A stretch of 64,000 nucleotides of DNA, taken from the NCBI GenBank assembly GCA_965223545.1, contig OZ245006.1:5568001-5632000 (forward strand). Reading direction: 5' to 3'. The stretch comes from Planctomycetota bacterium. GTDB taxonomy: Bacteria; Planctomycetota; UBA1135; UBA2386. The translations under genes were made by a program, and so were the position numbers. Shown in pieces: positions 10,114 to 23,100 of this stretch. The notes below the pieces were generated by a model. It made no database searches and was not told the origin of the DNA. It was given only the letters and a program-made list of their open reading frames with translations. The stretch's first letter is position 1. Each line of letters starts with the position of its first letter.

Positions 10114-11762
10114 GCCTCCGGCGCCACGAATCGTCGAGCGGCGACAACATTCTCGAGGCGTCGTCGCCGCCTTGGCAGCGACGCTGCCGCGCCGGAGGCT
10201 CGGAGAGACAGTGCCTCCGGGCTCAGCGCGGCGGCGGATGTGTCGGGCCTTCCAAGCCGCTCCGGCAAAAGCGGCATCCGAGTTTGGTTGCGGCCGTGGC
10301 CGCGCTGAGCCTCCGGCGCCACGAATCGTCGAGCGGCGACAACATTCTCGAGGCGTCGTCGCCGCCTTGGCAACGTCGCCGCCGCGCCGGAGGCTCGGAG
10401 AGACAGTGCCTCCGGGCTCAGCGCGGCGGCGGATGTGTCAGGCCTTCCAAGCCGCTCCGGAAAAAGCGGCATCCGAGTTTGGTTGCGGCCGTGGCCGCGC
10501 TGAGCCTCCGGCGCCACGAATCGTCGAGCGGCGACAACATTCTCGAGGCGTCGTCGCCGCCTTGGCAACGTCGCCGCCGCGCCGGAGGCTCGGAGAGACA
10601 GTGCCTCCTGGCTCAGTGCGGCGGCGGATGTGTCGGGCCTTCCAAGCCGCTCCGGCAAAAGCGGCATCCGAGTTTGGTTGCGGCCGTGGCCGCGCTGAGC
10701 CTCCGGCGGCGGGGCGAGACCCCGGGGCGGTGGCCCCTGCTGTTGGCCGGCGCGCTGATCCTGCCGTGGTGGCTGTCGCCGGGATCGGTGGCGGCGGCTG
10801 GCGAGCGCGTGCGCGGAGTGACGATCTCGACGCACGGCAGCGGCCGCGACTGGGGCCACGACGTGATCGTGCCGACGATCGCCGAGATCCGGTCGATCGG
10901 CGCCGGCTGGGTCGCCACCCATCCGTACGCGCGGATCGGCGCGGATGGGAGTGTGCGTTTTGCCGACTTCGCCGACGGCGAGCCACCGGAGTACCTGGTG
11001 CGGCCGATCCGCGAAGCCCACGCGCAGGGGATGAAGATCTTGATCAAGCCGCACCTGGCCTACTGGGGGTCGCCGTTCGCGTGGCGGGGTGAGATCGAGT
11101 TCGACGCCGAGCAGGCCTGGCAGCGGTTCTTCGCCGACTACGAGCGCTGGATCGTCAAGCTGGCGCGCGCCTGTCGCGCGGCCGACGCGTTTGCGGTCGG
11201 CACCGAGCTCGATCGCACCGTGCATCGCGAGGCCCGCTGGCGCGCGATCATCGACCGAGTGCGCGCGGCGACGCCGGCGCCGCTGACCTACGCGGCAAAC
11301 TGGACCGACTACCGGCGGGTGCCGTTCTGGGACGCGGTCGACGCGATCGGCATCCAGGCCTACTTTCCGCTGGCCGAGCGGGCCGCGCCCTCGCGCCAGC
11401 AGCTGCGCGATGGCTGGGCCCGGCTGATGACCGGACTGCGCGCCTACTCCGTCGCGCGCGGCCGCCACATCGTGTTCACCGAGCTCGGCTACAACCGGTC
11501 GCACCAGGCACCGGTGCGGCCCTGGGAGGCGCATTCCGACGGCGCCGACGCAGAGGCGATCCAGCTCGCGTGTTTGGCGACTGCGCTGGAGGCGATCGAG
11601 CGCGAGCCGCGCGTCGTCGGTGCGTTCTTGTGGAAGTGGTTCCCCGGCGAATACGGCCGGCGCGGTAACTTCCGCGTCGACGCGCCCGCGGTGCGCGCCC
11701 TCATCGCGCGCCACTGGCGGCCGCTGCAGCGTGCCCGGGTCAGCCCTCGATCAGACCGATGA
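10110..11762 (+). CDS. Glycoside hydrolase family 113-like (GTA TIM-barrel) protein; the first 195 codons are the repeat array
   Basis: ILIKPHL, FAVGTEL, LTYAANW, DAIGIQAYFPL, IVFTELGY; ATG overlaps the phoX stop (ATGA); signal peptide follows the array. Confidence 0.8.
   Translation: MSLRRHESSSGDNILEASSPPWQRRCRAGGSERQCLRAQRGGGCVGPSKPLRQKRHPSLVAAVAALSLRRHESSSGDNILEASSPPWQRRRRAGGSERQCLRAQRGGGCVRPSKPLRKKRHPSLVAAVAALSLRRHESSSGDNILEASSPPWQRRRRAGGSERQCLLAQCGGGCVGPSKPLRQKRHPSLVAAVAALSLRRRGETPGRWPLLLAGALILPWWLSPGSVAAAGERVRGVTISTHGSGRDWGHDVIVPTIAEIRSIGAGWVATHPYARIGADGSVRFADFADGEPPEYLVRPIREAHAQGMKILIKPHLAYWGSPFAWRGEIEFDAEQAWQRFFADYERWIVKLARACRAADAFAVGTELDRTVHREARWRAIIDRVRAATPAPLTYAANWTDYRRVPFWDAVDAIGIQAYFPLAERAAPSRQQLRDGWARLMTGLRAYSVARGRHIVFTELGYNRSHQAPVRPWEAHSDGADAEAIQLACLATALEAIEREPRVVGAFLWKWFPGEYGRRGNFRVDAPAVRALIARHWRPLQRARVSPRSDR
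10111..10707. repeat. Tandem array of three 195-bp palindromic units plus a partial unit (family A)
   Basis: Units start TGAGCCTCCGGCG at 10111, 10306, 10501 and 10696 and are nearly identical; internal inverted repeats; each ends TTTGGTTGCGGCCGTGGCCGCGC. Confidence 0.97.
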
Positions 11763-12960
11763 GCCGGTCGACGGCTTCGTCGACGAACGCGGGGTCCTCG
11801 GCGTGCGTCGGGCGCTCGACCAGCTCGATGCCCGGCGGCAGCTTGGCCTTGATCGCCGCGAAGAACGCCGCGTCGCTGTCGGTGTCGCGCAGCGGCCCGC
11901 CCGGCATGGCGTAGCGACCGGTGCCGTCGGTCGGCAGCATCATCACTGCCCGTCCCTTGGTGTGTGCCAGCCGCTCGGTGATCGAATCCGCGACGCGCAC
12001 GATCTCGTCGGCGCGCAGGCGCGGGACGAAGACGACGGGGCTGTGGAACACGTGCGTGTGCTCGCGATACTCGTCCGGCACCTCGTTGGCGGGCACGAGG
12101 ATGCCCAGGTGCTCGGCACCTCCCGGACACAGCACCTGTGGCAAGCCGAGTTCGCCGGCGACCGTCAGCCGGTCGGCCGAGCCGGCGCGCAGGCAGCCGA
12201 ACACGGCGTCCGCGATCTCGCCCATGGCGTAGTCGAACACCGCGCCGATGATGCCCTCGCGCATCAGCTGCTCCATCGCGCGGCCGCCCGAGCCCACCGC
12301 GTGGAAGACGATCGTCTCGTAACCGCGCTGCTCGAACCGCCGCACGGCGTGCAACGCTCCCTCGGTGAGCACACCGAGGTTGGTCATCCCGATCAGCGGC
12401 TTGTCGCGCGGTGCGCCCGCGAGCACGCGGCTGACTTGTGCCATGCCGTGCACGGCACCCGCGGCGTTGGTCAGCAGCTGGCGGGTGAACGAGTTGAGCC
12501 CCAGGATGTCTCCCACCGAGAACATCATGGTGACGTCCTTGATGTCGACGTACGACGAGGTGTCGCCCGAAGCCACCGTCGACACCATGACCTTGGGCAC
12601 GCCGTACGGCAGTGTGCGCATGATCTGAGTGCACGCCGCGGTACCCTGCAATCCGCCGAGGCCGATGACGGCGTCGATCCCGCCGTGGCCGACGGCCTTG
12701 GCCAGCAGCGCGCTGGCGCCGGCCACCATCACCGGTGCCGCGGCCTCGCGCGTCGGACTGGCCCGCAGTTGCTGCAGATCGGTGCCACCCGCGTTGGCGA
12801 TCTCCTCGCGGCTGACGTCGGCGGCAATGGCGGGCGTGCCGATCACGCCGAGGTCGAAGATCACCGGTGTGCTGCCGAGTGCGGTCAGCTGCTCCTGCAG
12901 CAGCCGGGCTTCGTCACCCTTGGTGTCGAGTGTGGCGAGAATGGCAATGCGTTTGCTCAT
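11740..12960 (-). CDS. Tm-1-like ATP-binding domain protein (UPF0261)
   Basis: IAILATLDTKGDE, LPYGVPKVMVST, VFHAVGSGGRAME motifs. Confidence 0.9.
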   Translation of the reverse strand: MSKRIAILATLDTKGDEARLLQEQLTALGSTPVIFDLGVIGTPAIAADVSREEIANAGGTDLQQLRASPTREAAAPVMVAGASALLAKAVGHGGIDAVIGLGGLQGTAACTQIMRTLPYGVPKVMVSTVASGDTSSYVDIKDVTMMFSVGDILGLNSFTRQLLTNAAGAVHGMAQVSRVLAGAPRDKPLIGMTNLGVLTEGALHAVRRFEQRGYETIVFHAVGSGGRAMEQLMREGIIGAVFDYAMGEIADAVFGCLRAGSADRLTVAGELGLPQVLCPGGAEHLGILVPANEVPDEYREHTHVFHSPVVFVPRLRADEIVRVADSITERLAHTKGRAVMMLPTDGTGRYAMPGGPLRDTDSDAAFFAAIKAKLPPGIELVERPTHAEDPAFVDEAVDRLIGLIEG

Positions 12961-12976
12961 CGGGGATGCCTGTTGC

Positions 12977-13840
12977 TCAGCGATTGTCGGGAAAGCGCAG
13001 ACTGGCGAACTCGGTGGCGGCGGCGAGGACGGCGCGTTCGATCGGCAGGCGCTCCGTCGACGAGCCGGTCCAGATGCCGTCACACGTGGTGTGATCGAGC
13101 AAATACTGAGCGTCCTCTGGAGTCTCCATCGCCGCTCCGTGCGCGACCAGGATCAGGTCCTTCTTGAGCGCGCGCAGCTGTTGGTTCGCCGACTCCGTCC
13201 GCGCAGCGGTGACGTCGATGGTCTCGCCCGAGTCGTAGCCGCGCAGGCCGCCCTTGGTCGTACCGGCGTGGAAGCAGAACACGTCGGGCTGCGCCTCCTC
13301 CACCAGCTGGCAGCTGTCCTCTTCGTCGAAGGCCAAGCCGATCGTGACCAAGCCCATCTCCTTGGCCAAGGCGAGCATCTCGACCTCTTGCTTGAAGGTG
13401 ATGCCGCTCTTGGTCAGCACCTTGTAGATCTGACTGTCCTTGTCGACGTAGCTGATGGAGGGGCCGATGTTGGATACCGACATCGCGCCCATGGCCTTGC
13501 AGCGCTCGAGCACGGTGACCATGTCCTTCAGCGGGTCGTTGGCATTGAGGCAGGCGCAGACGAACGCGTCGCCGCGCATCGCCGGCATGATGTCCTGCTC
13601 GGTGTAGTCGAGCGTTTGCTTGTTGGAGTCGAGGATCGGCCACAACATCGACATCGTGCCCATCCCGTTGGCGCGCAGGCGGGCGCCGGAGAAGGTGTTG
13701 ACGCAGTCGGCGCCGGCCTTCTCCAGCAGCTGGGCGACGAGGCCGCTGCCGGCGCTGGCGATGTAGACCGGGATGCGGCTTTCGACCTTGTGGCGGAGCT
13801 TTTTGAGAATGGCTTCACGCGTCGTGCGGGGGACGATCAA
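12977..13840 (-). CDS. Phosphoenolpyruvate hydrolase-like / TIM-barrel signal transduction protein
   Basis: SAGSGLVA...EKAGAD, HAGTTKGG, VAHG, GSSTERLP; TTG start with GAGGAG RBS; usual partner of UPF0261. Confidence 0.85.
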   Translation of the reverse strand: MIVPRTTREAILKKLRHKVESRIPVYIASAGSGLVAQLLEKAGADCVNTFSGARLRANGMGTMSMLWPILDSNKQTLDYTEQDIMPAMRGDAFVCACLNANDPLKDMVTVLERCKAMGAMSVSNIGPSISYVDKDSQIYKVLTKSGITFKQEVEMLALAKEMGLVTIGLAFDEEDSCQLVEEAQPDVFCFHAGTTKGGLRGYDSGETIDVTAARTESANQQLRALKKDLILVAHGAAMETPEDAQYLLDHTTCDGIWTGSSTERLPIERAVLAAATEFASLRFPDNR

Positions 13841-13942
13841 CGGTCTCCTCGTGGATGGTGGCTGTCGAGCTCGCGCCATCATGCCGGCGGCGACTGCCGC
13901 GGACCACGCCGGACAGCATCCCCGTCGGGATTGTCGCTGCGG

Positions 13943-14293
13943 TCAGTGCGCCGGCGTCTCGTCCAGCCACGCCAGCGTGCGGCGCGGAAGCCCGTCGCGC
14001 ACCGCGGTCATCAGCTGCTCGCCGTCGGCGACGAAGGCCTCGGCCTCGCGCAGCAGCGGCGCGATCGCGCTGTCGACCCAGGCGGCTTGCCGCGGCGTCG
14101 GTGGCGCCGGCGGCGAACGCATGAGCAGGAGGCACAGCGCGATGCCGGCGGCAACCGCGACGCCGCTCCACACCAGCCGCGAGGTCGAACGCGGCGGCAA
14201 CCGGCGCAGGCGGTGCCGCGTGGCTCGCTCCGGCGCCGCGTCCCACGCAGCGGCATCGCGGCGCAGGCGGTCTTCCAGCCAGTCAGCGGTCAT
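13943..14293 (-). CDS. Single-TM protein, putative anti-sigma factor
   Basis: LEDRLRR N-terminus and one TM helix; overlaps the 3' end of the ECF sigma gene. Confidence 0.55.
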   Translation of the reverse strand: MTADWLEDRLRRDAAAWDAAPERATRHRLRRLPPRSTSRLVWSGVAVAAGIALCLLLMRSPPAPPTPRQAAWVDSAIAPLLREAEAFVADGEQLMTAVRDGLPRRTLAWLDETPAH

Positions 14294-14924
14294 GCGACAG
14301 ATCCTCGGCAGTGACGTCCTCGGTGGGGGTGGCCGCCTCGCGGGCGCGCCCGCGGGCGATGGCCGGCGCTGGCGCCGGCGCGCGGGGTGCCTCGGCAAGG
14401 CAGCGCGCCAGGCGCGCCCGCGCCCGGTGCAGCATAGCGCGCACCGCGTCCTCGCGCTTGCCGAGCAGGGTTCCGATCTCCGTCGCGGTCATCTCCTCGC
14501 CGTAGCGCAGCCACAGCGCGGTGCGCGCCTCCGCGCCGAGGACGTGCCGCGCGAGCTCCCAGAGGTTGTCGCTCTGCTCGCTCGCCTCGGCGGCCGCGGC
14601 GGGGTTTGGCCTTGGACACGCCGGGTCGTCCGCCACCGTCTCCGGCGGCGCTCTCCGGCGTTGGCGGTCGGTCGCCAGGTGGGCCGCGATGGCGAGCAGC
14701 CACGGCGCGTACGGCCGCCCGACGACGAACGAAGACCGCCGGTGCCAGGCGCGCAAGAAGGTCTCCTGCGTGAGCTCTTCGGCGTCCTGGCGGTGCGCGG
14801 TGCGCATCAACAAGAACCGGTAGACGCGCACCTCGTGGCGTTGCACGAGATCGGTGAACGCCCGGCGACACCCGTTGCGGGCCAGCCGGGCGAGCTCGTG
14901 CTCGTCACCGCGCGCGTCGGCCAT
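14283..14924 (-). CDS. ECF RNA polymerase sigma-70 factor
   Basis: AFTDLVQRH, DAEELTQETFLRAW, WLLAIA, region 4 MTATEIG...VRAMLHRARARL. Confidence 0.9.
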   Translation of the reverse strand: MADARGDEHELARLARNGCRRAFTDLVQRHEVRVYRFLLMRTAHRQDAEELTQETFLRAWHRRSSFVVGRPYAPWLLAIAAHLATDRQRRRAPPETVADDPACPRPNPAAAAEASEQSDNLWELARHVLGAEARTALWLRYGEEMTATEIGTLLGKREDAVRAMLHRARARLARCLAEAPRAPAPAPAIARGRAREAATPTEDVTAEDLSHDR

Positions 14925-14943
14925 GGTCCGGGTCGCCGGTGCC

Positions 14944-15930
14944 TCAGCGCCGCCTTCGGCGTTCCTGCTCGGCGCGCAGCTTGAGCTCCAGGCGTCCGTC
15001 CAAGGCCTCCTGCACGGCGTCGGCGTGGAGGGCGAACTCGAGGGTGAGCACGCTGTCGTCGACGCGCGTGCGCAGGCCGGTGATGGCTTCGCGTGCCGCC
15101 TCGGGCACCTCGTCACCCAGGCCGGCGAGCGAGGCGAGACCGCGGATCCCGTCGAGCACGGCGGCGATGTTGCGCGCGTCCTCGTCGTTGGCGGTGGCGA
15201 CGTGCGCGGTGAGCTGCAGCTCGCCGTCCACGGCGCGTAGATCGGCGACCACGGCCTGCACGCGATCGACGACCTTGGACGCCGTCGAGCCGCCGGCCAG
15301 CGCCCGCAGCGAGCAGAACAGCCGGACGCTGACCAGTGCGTCGTCGGCCGGAGCGATGCTGTCGCCATACTCGCCGTCGCCGATTCCCGGCGCTCTGCCG
15401 CGCAGCGCGCGCGCCGCACCCTCGATCGAGTCTCTGGTCTCGCCGAACAGCACACCGTGGCGGTCGTCGCCGAACCGGTGCAGGTACACGGCGCCGAGCT
15501 CCTCGCCGCGGCCGGCGTGCTCGACGCCGAGGGCCTCGGCGACGCGCTCGCTGTGCAGGCTGCGCACTCTGTCACCGTCGCCGGCGACCTCGCGCACGAT
15601 CGCCGCGCCGCGGTCGTCGGTGACCAGCAACACGCCGAACGGGCCGCCCTTGAGCCGGTCGCCGAAGAGCGTGACGGAGTGCACGTCGCGCAACAGCTCG
15701 AAGTCGAAACGGTCGCGCAGGCGTTGGCGCAGCTGGCGCATCCGCGTCGCGCTCTTGCCTTCGGCATGGCGCAGCAGCTCGTCCACGTCGAGCAGCCGGG
15801 CGATGGCGGGGACGTCGAAGCGCGCCAGCAGCTGCGTGCTGGCGGGCAGTCGGCCGAGATCTTGACCGCGGGCACAAACACCCGCCGAGGCGATCGCCGT
15901 CGCGATCAGCAGTGCGTGGTTCTTCATCAC
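14944..15930 (-). CDS. Secreted hypothetical protein
   Basis: Signal peptide MKNHALLIATAIASAGVCARG; GC3-rich ORF upstream of the ECF sigma gene. Confidence 0.65.
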   Translation of the reverse strand: MMKNHALLIATAIASAGVCARGQDLGRLPASTQLLARFDVPAIARLLDVDELLRHAEGKSATRMRQLRQRLRDRFDFELLRDVHSVTLFGDRLKGGPFGVLLVTDDRGAAIVREVAGDGDRVRSLHSERVAEALGVEHAGRGEELGAVYLHRFGDDRHGVLFGETRDSIEGAARALRGRAPGIGDGEYGDSIAPADDALVSVRLFCSLRALAGGSTASKVVDRVQAVVADLRAVDGELQLTAHVATANDEDARNIAAVLDGIRGLASLAGLGDEVPEAAREAITGLRTRVDDSVLTLEFALHADAVQEALDGRLELKLRAEQERRRRR

Positions 15931-15998
15931 ACCATTGCCTACGCGTGAGCCCGACGCGGCGTGATGCGACCGGCAGACTTTCTGCCGAAAACCGCTGC

Positions 15999-18112
<2,114 letters not shown>

Positions 18113-18116
<4 letters not shown>

Positions 18117-19993
18117 GAGTGCAGCTCCTGCAGCAGCGCTACGACGTCGCATCCCTCGTGCGCGAACAGGACGCCGTCGAGGTCCGGCGCCGGTGCGCCG
18201 GCGACGACCAGCGCCGGCGGGTTCGCGCGGTCGGCGGTGGCGGCGCGCGCGGCGCGCACGGCGTCGGCGCGCTCGTCGTCGTCGCAGCACAAGCCGATGA
18301 CCGTGGCGTCGGCGGGAACCGGCATTCCCGAGGTGAGCTCGACCACCTCGAAGTCTCCGGCGGTCAGCAAGTCGCGCAACCAGTCGGCCCGCGCGCGCGC
18401 CCGGCCACCGGTGCCCGGCGGCATCAGCGCGGCGGTTGGCGGGGCCTTCGTCCGGAGTTGCTCGAACGCGTGCACGTCGGTGTGCGCCGCTGGCCGCAGG
18501 GGTTCGGCCGGCAAGTCGGAGCGCGCGACCGAGGCCGCCAGTGACACCTCGGCTGCGGCCGCGGCCGCCGCGCGCTCCGCGTGCCGCCGCGCGCGCTCCG
18601 CGTCGGTGGGGGCCGCGGGGCGCGGGCCCTCGAGCGACGGCGCGGCGAAGCGACTGATGCCGACCCGCACCCGGCGCCGGCTGCGGTAGTCGTCGTCGCG
18701 CGCGCGTCGATGCTCGGCAACTCGCGCCTCGAGCCAGGCGATGGCCGCCGCGCTGCCGAGTCCGCCACGCGTCTCGAGTGCGCGGAGGGTCTGCCAGGCC
18801 GAGTCGGCGATCTCCTCGGTCAGCGCCTCGATCGCGAACGCGCCAGCCAGCGGGTCGTCGACCTTGTCGAGGAAGGCTTCTTCTCGCAGCAGGGCGTGCT
18901 GGTGCAGCGCGCGGGCTCTGGCCGCGGCATCCACGCGGTCGAGGTCGCTCTCGTCGGGCGGCAGAACGAGCGCGTCGGCGCCGCCGCACACCGCCGCCGT
19001 CGCCGCGATCGCGGTGCGCAGCAAATTGGTGCGAGGGTCCGGGCCGGCGAGCGCCCGCCGGCTGGTGGTCGCGCAGACGAAGGGGGTGCGCGCGGATTCC
19101 GGTAGCGCGAACGCCCGCGCCACTGCCGTCCAGCCGAGGCGCAGGGCGCGCAGCTTGGCGACCTCGGTCAGCAGGTCGGTGCCGACCGCGCACCGGGCCG
19201 TCATCCGCGCCGCGACCTCGGCGGGCGCGATCGCGCCGTCGGGCACAGCGCGCAGCGCGGCCGCGGCGCTGGCCAAGACCACCCCGATCTCGAGCGCCGG
19301 CCCCGCGCCGGCGTCGTGGATCGGCGTGCCGTCGGCGCACAGCGCCCGGCTCTCGGCAGACAGCGCGCGGCACCGGCGCACGGCAGCGCGTGCCACGCGC
19401 CAATGCGCCGCGTCCGTCGGACGCAAGCCGTCGGCCGGCGCGAACACGGCCTCGATCCTCAGGCGGGAGGGATCGATGCCGCGCGCCCGCGCCAGGTCGA
19501 CGACGGCCGCGTGCAGCTCCGCCGCGGCCACTCCACCGTCGATGGCGATGCCGACCGCGGCCAGGTCGACACCGCGCAGCACGACGTCCAGCTCGTCGAT
19601 GTCGCCGAGCGAGAGTCCGCCGGCGCCGGCAAGTGGCGCGGCGGCGTCGAGGGCGGCCACCGGGTCCTGGCCCGCCCGTCCGTGCGCATCCAGGCGCAGC
19701 TCCAAGAAATCCGCACCGCCCTCGACGGCGTCCCCAACCCAGGTTTCAGCCGCACCCGGCTCGGGTGCCGCGATCAAAGCTCGCACCTGCCAACCAGCGC
19801 GCGCGCGCGGCGGCGGCCGGGGGGTCGGAGGCCGTTCGGAGTGCAGGGCGCGCAGCGTCAGACCCGGCTCCAGCGGGCCCTGTGCGGCGTCGACACCGTT
19901 CTCGCCGAGGGTTTGTGCCGCCGCAATGCACCACGCCTCGCGGGTCGCGGGCTCGAACGCGGGGCCTGGCCCGAAGCCGGGTTGGTCTGGCAT
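18113..19993 (-). CDS. mutA: Methylmalonyl-CoA mutase small (non-catalytic) subunit
   Basis: [52 protein letters not shown]. Confidence 0.85.
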
Positions 19994-20190
19994 CGCGTGC
20001 ACTCTACCCGCCCGGGTGCTCAGACAAGTCGTACAAACGTAGTGCAGACAACACCCTACACGCAGTGGTGGTCCGATCGTGATGCGGGCTGGTCCGGGGT
20101 TGCGCGCGCCGGCACAGCCGTAGGCTCTGCATGAAGAGTGCGTGAAGAAGCTGCTCCCACTGTCACGCCTGACACACGCGATCAATCACG

Positions 20191-23100
20191 ATGATGTTGG
20201 GCATTCCGTCACCTGATGTACTGGTCAGCTTGGCGGCCAGCGTGGCGCAAGGGGCTGCGCTGGTCGCGGTGATTGCCGGCCGAGTGCTGCTGGGGCGCCG
20301 CGAGAGCGCGTCCGACGACGACCCCGAGGCGGGCAAGGGCGGTGCCAGGCTCGCCGCTTGGGGCTTCGGCATCGCGTTCGCGGCGACCGCCGTCGGCTTC
20401 GTCGTCTACCACTCGAGCGTGGTCGACGCCCGCCAGCGCAGGCTGTCCACCAACCTGTACCGCAGCTCGACCGAAGCGGGGGTGGCGGTGGGCGATACGT
20501 CGCTCAAGACGCTCGGTTTCAGCGCCCAGAACGCCCATCCACGCGGCTTCGACAGCCAAGATCTCGCTGCGCGACTGGCCAGTGGAACCCCTCCGCCCCT
20601 CTTCGACGTGCGGGAGCCCGAGGAGACCGAGGCCGGCGTCATCGCCGGCAGTGTTCACCACCGCTACCCGGATCTGTTGCGCGACCGCTCGGTGCTGACG
20701 GCCGCGGCGGGCACTCCGGTCTTGGTGTGCTACTCCGGCAACCGCAGCTCCGAGCTCGCCGACACGTTTGCCGAACAGGGCATCGAGTGCCGCTTCTTGA
20801 TCGGCGGCTACGAGAAGTGGTTGGCCGAGGGGCGGCCGCTGGTGGGCGGGGTCGAGCGCAGCAGCCTGCGCGCGCTGCCGGAGTTCCCCAACCGGGACAC
20901 GTTGCTCGATACCCCCGAGGTGCAAGAGCTCGCCGAAGCGGGCGACCTGGTCCTCGTCGATGTGCGCTACCCGGAGGACCTGCGCGCGCACGCGCTGCCC
21001 GGCGTGCACAACATCACCCTCCGGCGGCTGACCACGCCCGAGGTGGAGACCGCGCTCCGCGGCCTGCCCGAAGGGCCCGTGGTCGCCGTTTGCTACGACA
21101 AGCGCGGTTCGTTCTACGGCCAGATCCTCGGCCTGCGCATGCACCGCATGGGGCGTGACTTCCGCGGTCGCTACACGGTGCCGCACGAGTACTGGCGACC
21201 GGTCGCCGCGCGGGCGCACGTCGCCGCTTGGCAGGAGGCGCAGCGGGCGCGGAGCTTGCTCGATCTGGTGCGCGAGCCGTTGGCGGCAGCGCTGACCTGG
21301 CTGCGCGATTGGCTGCCGGCCGCGTCGCTGGTCGGCGCGATCGCGTTGCTCGTGCTCGCGCTGCGGCTGGTCATGTTGCCGTTGACCTGGAAGGCGGACG
21401 TCGATCAGCGGGTGCGGGAGGACTTGGCGCCGCGCCTGGCCGCGCTGCGGGCGCGGCTGGCCGACGAGCCGGCGCGGCGCACCCGCGCGCTGCTGGCGGC
21501 CCAGCGCGACGCCGGCCTGACCCCGTTGCGCAACTTCTTGGGCACGTTGGCCATCGTCGTGCTGTTCTTGGTCATGTTCGGCGTCGTCGACGCCGAGGCG
21601 GCGGCGCGCCCGGACGGGTTTGCCTGGATGGCGGATTTGCGACAGCCCGACCCGTGGCTCGCGGTCGTGGTCGGCGGGCTGAGCGCGGCGGTGCTCGCAG
21701 TGAAGATGCGGTTCCGCAGGCCGTGGATCGGCGTCCTCGTCGGCGCGGCCTTCTGTGCGTTGTTGGTGTGGATCTGCCTGCAGTGCAGCGCGGCGGTCAG
21801 CATCTACCTGATCATCAACTTGGCGTTGGTGCTGCTACTGGAGGGCGCGGTTCGGTGGTGGTGGCGGCGGCGCCATCCGCCGCGCCCCGCGGTGCGCGCG
21901 GCAGTCGAGCTGCCGGCCAATGGCCTGTTGCCGCTGCGGGACGCCGCCGCGCTCGGCGCCGCCGGCGGCAAGGCGCGGCGGTTGGGTGAGCTCGTCCAAC
22001 TCGGGCTGCCGGTGCCCGACGGCTTCGTGCTGCTGGACGATGCGGCGGGGGCGGACGAAGTGCTCGCCGCGTTCGACCGGCTCGGCTGCGACGAGGTCGC
22101 GGTGCGCAGCTCCGGCGTCGACGAGGACGGCGCCGAACACAGCTTTGCCGGCGTGTTCGACACCGAGCTGCACGTCGGCCGCGCGCAGCTGCTGGCCGCC
22201 GTCGAGCGAGTGCGCGGCTCCGCGATGTCGGCGCGGGCGACCGCGTACGCCGGGCAGCAGACGGCGGCGATTCCGGTGCTCGTGCAGGCGATGGTGCCCG
22301 CCGAGCGGGCCGGCGTGCTCTTCACCGAGGACCCGACCTGTACGGGACTGGCCTGTGTCGAGATGATCGACGGCGTCGGCGAGGATCTGGTCAGTGGCCG
22401 TAGGACGCCCAAGACGCTGCGCTTCGGTCGGCTGAGCGGGCGTTGCCTCGACGGGGCGCCGCCGATGGATCTGGGTCCACTGTTGGCGTTGGGGGCGCGG
22501 CTCGAACGGCACTTCGGCGGCCCGCAGGACGTCGAGTGGGCTTGGGTTGGCGGCGAGTACCGGCTGCTGCAGGCGAGGGACATCACCGTGCGCGCCACGG
22601 GGGCGGATTCGCCGGCCGCGCGCCTCGAAGGCGAGCGCCGCCGGTTGATGGACCGTTGGCTCGATGACCGGCGAGAGCCGGATGCGGCGCTGCTCGAGCA
22701 GGACGAGCTGGCCGAGCTGCTGCCCCGACCGACCGCCTACAGTGCCGAGCTGATGGAGGCGCTGTGGGCGGTGGACGGCAGCGTCGATCGCGCCGGCCGG
22801 GCGCTGGGGGTTCCGTACGAAGTGCGCGAGGACAGCCCGAGCTACACCGTGACCGCGTTCGGCCGCACCTTCGTCGACGTGGCTGAGCGCGAGCGCCGGC
22901 GGGGCGCCGGCTTGCCCGCGCGCACCGCCTTCCGGCTCACGCTGCGGCTCGAGCGTCTCGAGCGGAGTGCGCGCGGCTGGCTCGGCCGCTTCGAGCAGGC
23001 CGCCGTGCGGCGGGCAGCGATCGATGCCGGCCGGTTGCCGCTCGCCGAACTGCTGTCGATGCTGAGCGAGACGAGAGCTCGGTTCGTGGCCGAGTCGTAT

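Noticed and set aside
10111..10707. Array A as a CRISPR array
   Set aside because: Units are 195 bp and nearly identical, with no unique spacers; no cas genes in the window
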